From Alteromonas sp. (GTDB lineage Bacteria > Pseudomonadota > Gammaproteobacteria > Enterobacterales > Alteromonadaceae): 64,000 bases of DNA. The stretch lies in contig CAXRGW010000040.1 in NCBI GenBank assembly GCA_964230255.1, forward strand, positions 24,329 through 88,328. The letters are read 5' to 3'. A program made the translations under genes and the position numbers. Of this stretch, positions 1 to 10,669 are shown piece by piece (within the stretch, counting starts at the first letter, position 1; each line of letters begins with the position of its first letter). The notes beneath the pieces were generated by a model that was given only the letters and a program-made list of their open reading frames with translations, ran no database searches and was not told the DNA's origin.

Positions 1-1461
1 TTTATGGAGTCTTTGTTTAGCGGCATGCACAGCGCTAACTCAGAGTTTCAAATGACGTCAGAGGTTGCCCACTGGCTGACTGAAACCACGCGTATTTTAG
101 CTGACACAGCTACACAGTTGGAAGCGCAAAATAACGTCGACTCCGTGCGTTTTGATACCTTAAGGGCTTTAGGTGAGCTTGCTACCGAGTATCGCACAAA
201 TATGTATAAACACAGCGGAGATTTTGTTCAAGTCAGTGTAGATTGTAAGCAAATTTTGGCGCTACTCGCTCCCGCTAAACAATTGATTTTGCGCAGTGTG
301 CACGCCAACTTGAGTGACTCTGGCCTGTATCACGCCTATAACATTTTGGATATTGACCAACAATCATTGAGCGTTGGGCATCTTTACGACATGTTGGAAG
401 GTCAAGTAGCGGCATTAAGCTCTGGTGCGCTAAGTGCGCAACAATCGATAGACATTATTGATCAATTGTTCGCCAGCGATGTTTATCGGCCCGATCAAAA
501 ATCGTTTATGTTATACCCTGATCGAGAACAACAGCGCTTTTTAACCAAGAACACCATTCCAGTTGGACAAGTCAATGATCACGCACTTCTTGCAGAAATG
601 CGTGTTCGCGGTGACAACCGTTTAATTAAACTGGACATGCGCGGTAACTATCGCTTCAACAGTGCTTTAACTAATGCAAATGCAATTAAAGCGGTATGGC
701 CGGACCTGGTTGAAGACTATCCAGATTTAGCTACCGAGCAATCACTGCTGACGCTATTGGACGTATATGAAGGTGTGTTTCATCACAGTGCCTTTACTGG
801 GCGGTCCGGCGGTATGTTCGGTTTTGAAGGTCTTGGCTGTATATATTGGCATATGGTTTCAAAACTTCTCCTTGCAGTACAAGAAGTCGCGGTCGACAGT
901 TTCCACAATGAAACCGACGAAACACTGACCAATCGTCTAATTGCCCGGTACTATGATGTGCGCGAAGGGATTGGCTTTAATAAGACGCCAGCGGAATACG
1001 GTGCGTTCCCTGCCGACCCTTATTCGCACACACCTAAACATGCGGGGGCTCAACAACCCGGCATGACTGGACAAGTGAAAGAAGAAGTCATTACGCGAAT
1101 GGGCGAGCTCGGCTGTTGGGTTGAAGCGGGCAAAATTAACTTCCAACCATTTTTATTACGAGAAGTTGAATTTACCGAAGAATCAACCCCTTTCCGTTAC
1201 TTAGACTTAAATGACGATTGGCAAACCATTGAACTCAATGCGAAACAGCTAGGCTTCACTTGGTGTCAGGTACCAATCATTTTCACCTTAGATGAAGAGA
1301 CTGCTGGTCAGACTCTCATCTATTTAAGCGATGGCAGTAAGCGCGGTATTGCTGGCAATGCACTAGATGAACGTGACAGTCAGATACTGTTTAACCGTTC
1401 TGGTGAAATCAACCGCATTGAAGTGGTACTCAGCCAGTCGGACTTGTATCACGCTAAGTAA
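1..1461 (+). CDS. C-terminal part of a GH149-like beta-1,3-glucan phosphorylase (cut by the window edge)
   Basis: Frame open from base 1. Motifs FTGRSGGMFGFEGLGCIYWHMVSKLLLAVQE, YGAFPADPYSHTP and QQPGMTGQVKE recalled from GH149. A GH17 gene lies nearby. Confidence 0.75.
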   Translation, partial: FMESLFSGMHSANSEFQMTSEVAHWLTETTRILADTATQLEAQNNVDSVRFDTLRALGELATEYRTNMYKHSGDFVQVSVDCKQILALLAPAKQLILRSVHANLSDSGLYHAYNILDIDQQSLSVGHLYDMLEGQVAALSSGALSAQQSIDIIDQLFASDVYRPDQKSFMLYPDREQQRFLTKNTIPVGQVNDHALLAEMRVRGDNRLIKLDMRGNYRFNSALTNANAIKAVWPDLVEDYPDLATEQSLLTLLDVYEGVFHHSAFTGRSGGMFGFEGLGCIYWHMVSKLLLAVQEVAVDSFHNETDETLTNRLIARYYDVREGIGFNKTPAEYGAFPADPYSHTPKHAGAQQPGMTGQVKEEVITRMGELGCWVEAGKINFQPFLLREVEFTEESTPFRYLDLNDDWQTIELNAKQLGFTWCQVPIIFTLDEETAGQTLIYLSDGSKRGIAGNALDERDSQILFNRSGEINRIEVVLSQSDLYHAK

Positions 1462-1475
1462 AAATAGTCTTTACC

Positions 1476-1500
1476 GGGCTCTAATGGAGCCCTGTTTTCT
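1476..1500 (+). terminator. Probable intrinsic terminator
   Basis: GGGCTC-TAATG-GAGCCC followed by TGTTTTCT, just after the stop at 1461. Confidence 0.6.
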
Positions 1501-1628
1501 ATCTACACAAAATATCTGTTGTTCTAATCGCGGTCTAAACGAGCCAAGCAACAATGAGCTTGTTAAAAATATGTAATGCTTTTTAAACTGTGTAATACTT
1601 TGATTCTCTGGCCGATATTGCGATTTAT

Positions 1629-2777
1629 ATGAGTTCAAGCAGTTACGATTTTAATCCCCAAGACTACCCGGAACCCAACGCCCCCTTTGTTTATTGGCAA
1701 CTCGCGTTTTGGGCATTTCTATGTGTCGTAAGTTTCTTCACTTTGACGCTTTGGTACAGCCAACCATCCTGGACCTATATCGCGCCAATTTTATCGCAAT
1801 CAATACTGGGGTTGATTTTAACTGTGGTGATGGAGCGGATCCTACTCATCACTTGGCATCGTTCACTCATTTTCAAAGCGCTGATTAGTATCGGTCTGGT
1901 TGTAGCTGTTTCCTCACTGTGGACAGTATTGCGAATGTACTTGTTCGAAATCATGACTGGCGAGCAACATATTTGGAGTGAGTTTGGTGGTTGGTATTTT
2001 AGCGGTATCTTCATCTTTATTAGTTGGGCATCATTGTTTTTTGGGGTTCAATATTACGATTTACTGCAACGCGAACACCGCATCATGTTGCGTGCCGAAG
2101 CGGAAGCTAGAAACCAGCAATTAAAACGCATGCACGCCCAAGCTACGGCTCGTGATGCGCAAATGAAAATGCTCCGATATCAACTCAACCCTCATTTCTT
2201 GTGCAATACCTTAAACGCCATAAATGCCCTAATTGAGTGTGAGGAAAGTGAAAAAGCGCAAATAATGTCAGTTAAGCTGAGTCAGTTTCTGCGTCATTCA
2301 TTAGACAATATACCCAACACGAAAATCACGCTTGAGAACGAAATTAATGCACTAAATTTGTACTTGGATATCGAAAAAATTCGTTTTGAAGACCGCTTAA
2401 AATTGAATATTGATATTGAACCTGCTGCGCAAAAAGCACAGTTGCCAAGTTTATTGCTACAGCCGATTATCGAAAATTCGATGAAGCATGCGATTGCCAA
2501 GTGTGAGGACGGTGGCACTATTTCTATTGGTGCGCACATTATCAATGAACAACTCGTAATAGATATAGCCGATACGGGGCCTGGGATAAAGATAGGCAAG
2601 AGTAAATTGCAAAGCGTTATTGGCCGAGGTGTCGGATTGAAAAACACTGATGAACGTCTTAAAGTACTTTACGGTACTGCCTTTAGTTTTGATTTATCGA
2701 CTTCCGAGAATGGTGGATTAAAAACCACGATTCGCGTGCCTTTTGAACCGATCGAAGCGACAGCTTCTGTGGAATAA
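1629..2777 (+). CDS. LytS/YehU-family membrane sensor histidine kinase
   Basis: About four TM helices, then LRYQLNPHFLCNTLN, LLQPIIENSMKH, DTGPG and GVGLKN. Confidence 0.92.
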   Translation: MSSSSYDFNPQDYPEPNAPFVYWQLAFWAFLCVVSFFTLTLWYSQPSWTYIAPILSQSILGLILTVVMERILLITWHRSLIFKALISIGLVVAVSSLWTVLRMYLFEIMTGEQHIWSEFGGWYFSGIFIFISWASLFFGVQYYDLLQREHRIMLRAEAEARNQQLKRMHAQATARDAQMKMLRYQLNPHFLCNTLNAINALIECEESEKAQIMSVKLSQFLRHSLDNIPNTKITLENEINALNLYLDIEKIRFEDRLKLNIDIEPAAQKAQLPSLLLQPIIENSMKHAIAKCEDGGTISIGAHIINEQLVIDIADTGPGIKIGKSKLQSVIGRGVGLKNTDERLKVLYGTAFSFDLSTSENGGLKTTIRVPFEPIEATASVE

Positions 2778-2785
2778 TAATTTTA

Positions 2786-3580
2786 ATGACTACTATAAAA
2801 ACAATCATTGTTGATGACGAACCACTAGCGCTAGGTTTGTTAAAGTCAAAGCTCAGTAAGAATGCCGACATAGAAGTCGTCTGCCAATGCCGAAATGGTC
2901 GCGAGGCAATTGATGCAGTGCTAAGTCATCGCGCGGACCTGATGTTTTTGGATATTCAAATGCCCGGGCTCGATGGACTAGATGTGGTGCAACAGCTTCA
3001 GTCTGATGAAATGCCTTTGATTGTATTCACTACAGCCTTTGAGCAATACGCAATTAACGCTTTTGACTTACACGCTGTTGATTACATTCTCAAACCCATT
3101 GATCAAGAGCGAATAGACCGTGCAGTCGTTCGCGCTAAAGAGCGCCTTGGCAAGGAGGAGAACGGTCAATTTAAGTCAGGCATACTCAATGCGATCAATT
3201 CAATGAATGCCCATCAGGGCGATATGGAAAATTCTGGATTCAGTGAAAAACGTAAGATCGTAATTCGCGATCGTGAAGAAATCACATTGCTTAATCAACC
3301 CGATATCGCCTGGCTAGAAGCGGCTGGTGATTATGTTTGCGTACACGCCAATGGTGAAACGCATATTAAACGCACAACGCTAAAAGAGCTTCTCAATGAA
3401 CTGGATCCGACGTTGTTCAAACGCGTTCATCGCTCAACCATCGTCAACCTTAATTACATTGAGAAAGTCGTACCGCATACCAAAGGTGAATTTTTCTTGA
3501 TCTTGGGTGAGCACCACAAGATAAAAGTCAGCCGCAACTATCGCAATGTTATCAAAGACTACCTGCAAGACGGTGCTTAA
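2786..3580 (+). CDS. LytTR-family response regulator
   Basis: Receiver motifs VDDEP, FLDIQMP and DYILKP; LytTR motifs FKRVHRSTIVN and VSRNY. Confidence 0.93.
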   Translation: MTTIKTIIVDDEPLALGLLKSKLSKNADIEVVCQCRNGREAIDAVLSHRADLMFLDIQMPGLDGLDVVQQLQSDEMPLIVFTTAFEQYAINAFDLHAVDYILKPIDQERIDRAVVRAKERLGKEENGQFKSGILNAINSMNAHQGDMENSGFSEKRKIVIRDREEITLLNQPDIAWLEAAGDYVCVHANGETHIKRTTLKELLNELDPTLFKRVHRSTIVNLNYIEKVVPHTKGEFFLILGEHHKIKVSRNYRNVIKDYLQDGA

Positions 3581-3703
3581 TACTGTCTTGCAGCCATAAA
3601 GTCCGCATTGACGCTCAGGTAACCCATTTCATCGCAGGTCACTGTACAGCCAAACCCGTAAGCGGTTTATTAAGTCTTATTACTTCTAAATATGGCGGAA
3701 TAA

Positions 3704-4747
3704 ATGTCGTTCTCTCGCGCGTTTCTGGTCTTATTACTGATACAGGTGCTCAGCATGACTAATGCATTTGCCAACTATCAACAATCAACTGACAACTTAC
3801 TTGTTGGTCAGGTTATGGGCGTAGCATATAGCGGTTTTCGCGAAGGTCAGCACCCCGACCGCGGCAATGGTGCGGTCAACCCGTCAGATGCAGAAGTGCT
3901 GGAAGACCTGAATATTTTGGTTGAGCATGGTTTTCAGCTAATCAGACTTTACGATACAGACGAAAATTCACAAGCAACACTGCGTCTTATTGCGGAACAC
4001 CAATTGCCCATTAAGGTGGTGCAAGGCATTTGGCTGCGTGCCGAAATTAGTAATCACGAAGGCTGCCCATGGTTAGACGAGCCTATTCTGCAAGCAGAGT
4101 TAGATGCAAATACACTACTAAATCTGGCCGAAACGCAAACGGCGATTGAACTAGTTAAGCAATATTCAGACATTATCGTTGCCGTTAACGTGGGCAACGA
4201 GGCCTTAGTCGAGTGGAATGATCATATGGTCAGCGTCGACGCAGTTATTAATTATGTGCGTATGGTCAAGGAGCAGACTGATGTCGCAGTTACCGTTGCT
4301 GACAACTATGACTGGTGGGCAAAAGCGGGTTATGAACTCGCCCAAGAGCTCGATTTCATTGGTGTCCATACTTATCCTGTTTGGGAGAATAAACCGATAG
4401 AGGAATCATTGGCATACACCATTGAAAACATTGAAAAAGTACACCTCGCCATCCCTAATAAGCCTATCGTTATCCTCGAAGCTGGTTGGGCAACTACTGC
4501 TGATGAATTTGCAGCCTTAGCGGGTGTTGAAAACCAAATTACATACTATAAAGATTTGCTCGAATGGGCGACATCTAGCAATACCACCGTGCTGTTTTTC
4601 GAAGCCTTTGACGAACCGTGGAAAGGAGACCCAAACAAAGCCGGTGGCGCAGAAAAACACTGGGGACTTTTTTATGTTGACCGTAAACCGAAGCCAGTGG
4701 TTACAAAGTTCATACGCCCCAAACTCATCAATGTTGAAAATAACTAG
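3704..4747 (+). CDS. Exported GH17 beta-1,3-glucanase/glucanosyltransferase
   Basis: Signal peptide; VNVGNEAL, ILEAGWAT, FFEAFDEPWK and EKHWGLF. Confidence 0.88.
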   Translation: MSFSRAFLVLLLIQVLSMTNAFANYQQSTDNLLVGQVMGVAYSGFREGQHPDRGNGAVNPSDAEVLEDLNILVEHGFQLIRLYDTDENSQATLRLIAEHQLPIKVVQGIWLRAEISNHEGCPWLDEPILQAELDANTLLNLAETQTAIELVKQYSDIIVAVNVGNEALVEWNDHMVSVDAVINYVRMVKEQTDVAVTVADNYDWWAKAGYELAQELDFIGVHTYPVWENKPIEESLAYTIENIEKVHLAIPNKPIVILEAGWATTADEFAALAGVENQITYYKDLLEWATSSNTTVLFFEAFDEPWKGDPNKAGGAEKHWGLFYVDRKPKPVVTKFIRPKLINVENN

Positions 4748-4966
4748 CTAGTGCACATTCACCGTAAAAATACTTTCATCATCATTGTGAATGCGCCCGA
4801 GTTGCCGAATAGTATAAATAAATAGCTAAAACCTTGACGCTTTTTTGCCCATCCAGCAAAATGCTGTTAAATAAATGTAAATGTTTAAATTGTCTTTTAC
4901 ATATAAGATCAAATATTAATCAATACAAGTATTCGGCATAATCAGTAGCCAGTTGGAGAATTAACT

Positions 4967-5566
4967 ATGATTTTGAATCATTTATGGGGTATATACGCGC
5001 ACCCAAAGGAAGAATGGCACACCATCGATGAACGCCATGAGAGTTATTTTTTTGCGCTTAGTCACATCTGTTTAATTGCATTAATCCCCTCGGTGGTTGG
5101 TTACTACTCTGCTGCTCATCTTGGCTGGAGTATTGGTGTTGGTGACGTGATTCGTTTAACTCACGAAAGTGCATTAATGATGAGTATAGCAATGTATTTT
5201 GGTTTGATCGCTGGCGTGGTAGCTCTTGCGATTTTGGCCCACGAACTGGCGAAGGCTTTCGACTCGAATCCAACCTACACCCAGTCACTAGAATTGGCCG
5301 CATACACAGCAACGCCATTATTTATGGTTGGCTTCGCGGCTTTATTCCCTGTCTTATGGTTTATCATGGCGGTAGGCCTAGTCGGATTGTCTTATTCGGT
5401 CTATCTGTTGTATTCGGGTGTACCAATTATGATGCACATCCCAGAAGAGAAAGGCTTTATTTATTCGAGCTCCGTTGTCACTTGTGGTCTAGTATTACTT
5501 GTAATTCTAATGGTAACGACTGTAATGTTATGGAGTGCTGGCATTGGTCCTGTGTACGTGCACTAA
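4967..5566 (+). CDS. Yip1-family (YohC-like) inner membrane protein
   Basis: HLWGIYAHPKEEW start, five TM helices, LAAYTATPLF and YLLYSGVPIMM; GGAGA RBS. Confidence 0.88.
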   Translation: MILNHLWGIYAHPKEEWHTIDERHESYFFALSHICLIALIPSVVGYYSAAHLGWSIGVGDVIRLTHESALMMSIAMYFGLIAGVVALAILAHELAKAFDSNPTYTQSLELAAYTATPLFMVGFAALFPVLWFIMAVGLVGLSYSVYLLYSGVPIMMHIPEEKGFIYSSSVVTCGLVLLVILMVTTVMLWSAGIGPVYVH

Positions 5567-5592
5567 CCAATGTAAGTGAACACCTTGAAAGT

Positions 5593-5620
5593 AAAAAAGC
5601 CAGCTAACGCTGGCTTTTTT
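5593..5620. terminator. Bidirectional intrinsic terminator
   Basis: AAAAAAGCCAGC-TAAC-GCTGGCTTTTTT between the convergent yohC-like gene and purF. Confidence 0.9.
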
Positions 5621-5634
5621 GTTTTACTGTCTCG

Positions 5635-7152
5635 CTATTGATCAAGGTTATGTAAATCGAGGTTGCTCAATTCAGCTTGCACCACAGGCGCTTTTTTGCT
5701 CTTCTCGCTACGAGCTGCATCAATGCCTTCTAGGTAAGATTGGTCGACATCTCCGGTAATGTAATCACCATCAAACACAGATGTTTCGAACCTAGCTATT
5801 TGTTCATTCTCTTCACGCACGGCTTCTACCAAATCAGTTAAGTCTTGGAAGATCAAGCCGTCAGCTTGAATCAAATCACTAATTTGATCAATCTCTCTGC
5901 CATAGGCGACTAATTCATTTGCCGATGGCATATCAATGCCATAGACATTCGGAAAGCGTATTTCTGGTGCCGCAGAAGCGAAGTAAACTTTTTTGGCTCC
6001 TGACTCTCGCGCCATCTCGATAATCTGACTAGAGGTTGTTCCGCGCACAATACTGTCATCAACCAAGAGTACATTTTTACCTTTAAATTCTGAGGAAATA
6101 GCATTCAACTTGCGACGCACTGACTTTTTCCGCATGGTTTGGCCTGGCATTATGAACGTGCGACCGATGTAGCGGTTTTTCACAAATCCCTGACGATATG
6201 GCAAATCTAAGGTATTAGCAATTTGCAATGCCACATCCATTGACGTTTCGGGAATAGGAATGACAACATCAATATCCTTATCTGCCCATTCGCGTTTTAT
6301 TTTTTCACCCAGATTTTTACCCATATTTACACGTGAAGCGTAAACGGAAATCCCATCAATAAACGAATCAGGTCGGGCAAAATAGACGAACTCAAAAATA
6401 CAAGGTGACATTGTTGGCGTTTCAGCGCACTGCTGTGTGAATAACTGGCCTTGTTCGGTAATATATACAGCTTCACCTGGAGCAACGTCGCGAACAAATT
6501 TAAAGCCAACAGCATCCAAAGCAACGCTCTCTGACGCTACCATGTATTCGTCGCCTAACTCTGTACTGCGTTTACCTAGCGCCAGTGGACGAATGCCATA
6601 GGGGTCGCGAAACGCTAGAATGCCGTGCCCAATTATTGCCGCAACTACAGCATAAGCCCCACGAATTTTCTTGTGAGTTTGTGCTACTACCTGAAATACA
6701 TGTTCTGCAGATAACGTCGTCTCAGTACAGTTTTGCAATTCATGCGCTAATATGTTTAGCAATAACTCTGAATCTGAAGTGGTATTGATATGGCGTCTTG
6801 CAATTCGAGACACTTCTTGTTGAAGCTCTTTAGCATTGGTCAGGTTGCCGTTATGGGCAAAAGCAATACCAAAAGGTGAATTCACATAGAAAGGCTGAGC
6901 TTCGGCTGAACTCGATGTTCCGGCTGTAGGATAGCGACAATGACCGATGCCCATATTGCCCGTTAATCGCTTCATATGGCGCGTGTGGAAGACATCACGC
7001 ACAAGCCCATTAGCTTTGCGTAAGTTGAACATATCATTGTCAATGGTCATGATACCAGCAGCATCTTGACCACGGTGTTGTAGCACCGTTAACCCGTCAT
7101 AAAGCGACTGTGCAACACCGGCCTTACCAACAATTCCAACAATACCACACAT
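5635..7152 (-). CDS. purF: Amidophosphoribosyltransferase
   Basis: MCGIVG Ntn cysteine, [15 protein letters not shown] and the PRT motif [13 protein letters not shown]. Confidence 0.98.
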   Translation of the reverse strand: MCGIVGIVGKAGVAQSLYDGLTVLQHRGQDAAGIMTIDNDMFNLRKANGLVRDVFHTRHMKRLTGNMGIGHCRYPTAGTSSSAEAQPFYVNSPFGIAFAHNGNLTNAKELQQEVSRIARRHINTTSDSELLLNILAHELQNCTETTLSAEHVFQVVAQTHKKIRGAYAVVAAIIGHGILAFRDPYGIRPLALGKRSTELGDEYMVASESVALDAVGFKFVRDVAPGEAVYITEQGQLFTQQCAETPTMSPCIFEFVYFARPDSFIDGISVYASRVNMGKNLGEKIKREWADKDIDVVIPIPETSMDVALQIANTLDLPYRQGFVKNRYIGRTFIMPGQTMRKKSVRRKLNAISSEFKGKNVLLVDDSIVRGTTSSQIIEMARESGAKKVYFASAAPEIRFPNVYGIDMPSANELVAYGREIDQISDLIQADGLIFQDLTDLVEAVREENEQIARFETSVFDGDYITGDVDQSYLEGIDAARSEKSKKAPVVQAELSNLDLHNLDQ

Positions 7153-7168
7153 GAAAATTACCTATTTA

Positions 7169-7654
7169 TCAGGAAGTTAAAAAGCTTGAACTGCCCTGCA
7201 TATATTGAAAGAACCATTCAATTATGACTGCAAATTCGGGTAGCAAGAGCGATGTTTGCCACCATGTACTTGAAGCCGCAGGGGTAAATGTATCCATAAA
7301 AAACAATAAGGCGCTAACAATCAAAACGCCGCGGAGCGCACCAAATACAGCGCCTAGTGCTCTATCTGTCCCACTTAACCCAGTTGCTTTGACCAACTGG
7401 CTGAAGACGTAATTAACGAGAGCACCGATAATTAGGGTAACAACAAATAAAATGGCAATAGCGACACCATTGCGCAACAACTCATCTGTTATGCGTGTGA
7501 GATAAACGGCAATGTCGGGATAAAACTGACTAGCAACGAAAAGAGCACTGAACCATACGGCAAGCGAAATTGCTTCTTTTACAAAACCACGGATCAAACT
7601 AATGACGGTAGATAAAGCGATGATGCCAATAATGGCGAAGTCAAACCAATTCAT
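7169..7654 (-). CDS. cvpA: Colicin V production protein (start moved to MNWFD)
   Basis: LIRGFVKEAISL, GLSGTDRALG; lies between dedD and purF. Confidence 0.95.
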   Translation of the reverse strand: MNWFDFAIIGIIALSTVISLIRGFVKEAISLAVWFSALFVASQFYPDIAVYLTRITDELLRNGVAIAILFVVTLIIGALVNYVFSQLVKATGLSGTDRALGAVFGALRGVLIVSALLFFMDTFTPAASSTWWQTSLLLPEFAVIIEWFFQYMQGSSSFLTS

Positions 7655-7700
7655 TCGTTCTGAGCTTTCGTTCTGCTGGTGCAAATTACCATCTTTGAAT

Positions 7701-7736
7701 GGCGCGCATTCTACCAGAAGCGTTAGTGAATACCAA
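7701..7736 (-). promoter_or_regulatory. sigma70 promoter of cvpA-purF with GC-rich discriminator
   Basis: Minus strand TTGGTA-N17-TAGAAT-GCGCGCC, with extended -10 TGG. Confidence 0.7.
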
Positions 7737-7789
7737 ACCTAGTATCAGTATAAATTACTCGGAAATATGACTCGATAGAGGGGTTATGT

Positions 7790-8410
7790 TTACACTTTAA
7801 ACTGCGTAATTTTTCCCGAGAGTCCAGTCAATTCGCGTAAATGTGACAGCGAATTTTCGAGATTATCACGCTCAAGATCAGGTCCAACAAAAACTTTGGT
7901 TAACTGTCCTGCGCTAGTTTGCACTGGTCGACTAAATGCTCGATAACCTGCATTTTCAAGTTTATCCAGCAATTCGCGGACATTTTTTTGATGACGAAAA
8001 CTGCCCAACTGTATTACCCAACCGGTATTTTGTAACTCTTCTTCAATTGGGCGATCAATGACCGTTTGGTCGGCCAAACTATCGTTTGTAATTGGTTGAG
8101 TGATCACTTCCGTTGTTTCAAGTGAAGCACCTTGTTGCTCAACTTGTTCGCTTTGATTTTGTTGTTCCGGAGTATCGTCAACAGGCTGATCTTCAACAAT
8201 CTCTATTGGACGAGACGCTGCAGCAGCGACTTCTTCACTGGGAAACCTTGGCGGTTGAACTAATGGTTCACGCACGGGCGATTCTGGCACCGTAACAAAT
8301 GCCACTTGCTGATCGGCTTTCTTTCCATCGAGTAAGTCGGGCAAAAAGATAACAGCTAAAGCCACAACAATGATGGTACCGACCAAGCGGTTTTGTAACG
8401 CACTAGACAA
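7790..8410 (-). CDS. dedD: Cell division SPOR-domain protein DedD
   Basis: QNRLVGTIIVVALAVIFLP anchor, C-terminal SPOR domain (WVIQLGSF); conserved gene order. Confidence 0.93.
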   Translation of the reverse strand: MSSALQNRLVGTIIVVALAVIFLPDLLDGKKADQQVAFVTVPESPVREPLVQPPRFPSEEVAAAASRPIEIVEDQPVDDTPEQQNQSEQVEQQGASLETTEVITQPITNDSLADQTVIDRPIEEELQNTGWVIQLGSFRHQKNVRELLDKLENAGYRAFSRPVQTSAGQLTKVFVGPDLERDNLENSLSHLRELTGLSGKITQFKV

Positions 8411-8441
8411 ACAACGTCTCCACTAAAACAATGAATATGTA

Positions 8442-9734
8442 TTATAGGCGTTGTTGCGCATTAAATGTCAACATTTCAGCGACAGTAACAAAAGAACCGA
8501 AGACCAACACCACGTCATCCGGAGAAACCTTTGCCATAATGCGTTGGGCTGCTTCGGCGACATCATTTGCGGCTTCATCACAGACTTGACCAACTAAAGC
8601 TCGCTGTAAATCAGCGATCGTTGCTGCGCGAGCTTCTGGTAACCCTACCGGGATCCATGTCGGTGATAAAGGCGCAAAAATGCCTAGCGTTTCACGCATG
8701 GCCTTATCGCGCATCATACCCACAATAATGTATAGCTTGTCCCACTTAAGCTGCTTTAATTGCTGAACAACTAATTGAGCAGCATGCGGGTTGTGACCGA
8801 CATCGACAATCCAGTCGGGTTGGTAGCTCAATCGTTGAAAGCGACCAGGTAACCCTGCCGTGCGGATCAGTTGTCGTAATATCTCCGGCTTAGCGTTTAA
8901 CTTAACTAGTTCGCCCAACATGTCTAGCGCTGCCAATGCGGTAGCAATATTGTCTATCAGTAGCAATGGCTGAGGTAACTGAGTTAATTCGAAAGATCCC
9001 CCCTGCCATGACCAAAGCGCGTTACCTGTTTGATTGAAATCGAACTCACGGCCTTTGTGCTGAATGTTGCCCGCCACCTGTTGTGCTTGGGTGAGCATCA
9101 CTTGCGGTACATCGCGCTCGCCAAGCACGATCTGTTTGTCCGCACGAAATATACCTGCTTTCTCAAAAGCAACTGATTCTCGTGTATCCCCAAGGTATTC
9201 TTGGTGATCGAGTGCAATTGAAGTTATAACCGCCAATTCATTATCGACAATGTTAGTCGCATCTAATCGTCCGCCTAAACCAACCTCCAGAATCAAATAG
9301 TCAGGTTTGGCTTGTCCTATCAACCACAAGGCGGCCAAAGTGCTAAATTCAAAGTAAGTTAATGAATCATCACCACGAATGCGCTCTATATGCAATAGCG
9401 CCTCACAAAATTGTCCTTCACTTGGGCTTGCATCGTTAAGACGCACTCGCTCAGTAAAACTAATCAAATGCGGAGAACTATAGAGTCCAACGGATTTATT
9501 TAGTTGCAAAAGCGCAAGTTCTAAAAAGCGACATGTTGACCCCTTTCCATTGGTGCCGCCAACTGTAACTACACGGGTTGATGAAAAATCTAGTGCCAGT
9601 CGTTTGAACACACGGTTAACGCGATCAAGTGACATGTCGATTTCAGTGGGGTGGATTACTAATAAATAGGCAAGCCATTGATCCAAAGACCACGCAGATT
9701 GCGTGGTCTTTGGATACTCAGAAGTGTCTTTCAT
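8442..9734 (-). CDS. folC: Dihydrofolate/folylpolyglutamate synthase
   Basis: GTNGKGST, EVGLGGRLDATN, DVGHNP, VFGSF. Confidence 0.97.
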   Translation of the reverse strand: MKDTSEYPKTTQSAWSLDQWLAYLLVIHPTEIDMSLDRVNRVFKRLALDFSSTRVVTVGGTNGKGSTCRFLELALLQLNKSVGLYSSPHLISFTERVRLNDASPSEGQFCEALLHIERIRGDDSLTYFEFSTLAALWLIGQAKPDYLILEVGLGGRLDATNIVDNELAVITSIALDHQEYLGDTRESVAFEKAGIFRADKQIVLGERDVPQVMLTQAQQVAGNIQHKGREFDFNQTGNALWSWQGGSFELTQLPQPLLLIDNIATALAALDMLGELVKLNAKPEILRQLIRTAGLPGRFQRLSYQPDWIVDVGHNPHAAQLVVQQLKQLKWDKLYIIVGMMRDKAMRETLGIFAPLSPTWIPVGLPEARAATIADLQRALVGQVCDEAANDVAEAAQRIMAKVSPDDVVLVFGSFVTVAEMLTFNAQQRL

Positions 9735-9737
9735 TGA

Positions 9738-10580
9738 TTAGTGACGATGTAATTTACTCAGAATGCTATGCAGTGTATCGCGCATTTCGCGACGGTCAAC
9801 AATCATATCAATTGCACCTTTTTCCAGTAAAAATTCACTGCGTTGAAACCCTGGTGGGAGCGTCTCGCGAACCGTTTGCTCAATAACCCGAGGCCCAGCA
9901 AAACCGATGAGGGCTTTAGGCTCGGCAATATTTATATCGCCTAGCATTGCTAGACTTGCCGATACCCCCCCCATCGTTGGGTCAGTCAATACAGAGATAA
10001 AAGGTATTCCACGTTCACTCATTTTGGCCAGCGCTGCACTTGTCTTTGCCATTTGCATTAGTGAAAACAACGCCTCCTGCATACGCGCGCCCCCACTGGC
10101 AGAAAAACACACAAGAGGCATGTTGTTTTCGAGGCATTCATTAACCGCAGCAACAAACCTAGCACCAACTACTGATGCCATCGAGCCCCCCATAAAACTA
10201 AACTCAAAACACGCCACAACTACAGGCATACCTTTCAATTTACCGCGCATAACTACCAAGGCGTCTTTTTCATTGGTTGATTTTTGTGCCGCAGTAATTC
10301 GATCCTTGTAGCGCTTAGAGTCTTTGAATTTCAAGATATCTTGCGGCTCTAGTTCAGCGGCAAGTTCGGACTTGTCCCCAGCATCCAACAAACCTTCAAT
10401 TCTGGCACGTGCTTTAATTCGCATGTGATGGCCGCACTTGGGACAAACTTCAAGCTGTTTTTCCAATTCGGACTTATACAATACTGCGCTACACTCCGTG
10501 CACTTGGTCCAAACACCTTCAGGTACATTACCTTTCGTGGAGGTCTGGGTTCTCGGCAGTATTTTCTGGATCCAACTCAT
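9738..10580 (-). CDS. accD: Acetyl-CoA carboxylase carboxyltransferase beta subunit
   Basis: Zinc finger [32 protein letters not shown]. Confidence 0.98.
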   Translation of the reverse strand: MSWIQKILPRTQTSTKGNVPEGVWTKCTECSAVLYKSELEKQLEVCPKCGHHMRIKARARIEGLLDAGDKSELAAELEPQDILKFKDSKRYKDRITAAQKSTNEKDALVVMRGKLKGMPVVVACFEFSFMGGSMASVVGARFVAAVNECLENNMPLVCFSASGGARMQEALFSLMQMAKTSAALAKMSERGIPFISVLTDPTMGGVSASLAMLGDINIAEPKALIGFAGPRVIEQTVRETLPPGFQRSEFLLEKGAIDMIVDRREMRDTLHSILSKLHRH

Positions 10581-10652
10581 TAATTCATTTCCTGTTGCTA
10601 CGACATTTCACCAGCGTTATTAGAGCATAGTCCGGCGTTAGGACAAAAACAA

Positions 10653-10669
10653 AACTGGTCTAAGAAGTC
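10653..10669. promoter_or_regulatory. Candidate FadR box upstream of accD
   Basis: AACTGGTCTAAGAAGTC has one perfect half of the AACTGGTCnGACCAGTT consensus. Confidence 0.45.

Noticed and set aside
1592-1618. sigma28-like GCCGATAT before the LytS kinase
   Set aside because: Poor -35 match and too close to the ATG.
3581-3703. LytTR-type direct repeat before GH17 (CATTGACGCTCAGGT / CATTTCATCGCAGGT)
   Set aside because: Only 10 of 15 match and the period is 19 bp rather than the usual 21-22.
4752-4796. Inverted repeat GCACATTCAC...GTGAATGCGC after GH17
   Set aside because: Large loop, no U-tract and a single copy, so no function can be assigned.
7655-7789. PurR box upstream of cvpA-purF
   Set aside because: No CGCAAACGTTT-like palindrome is visible.
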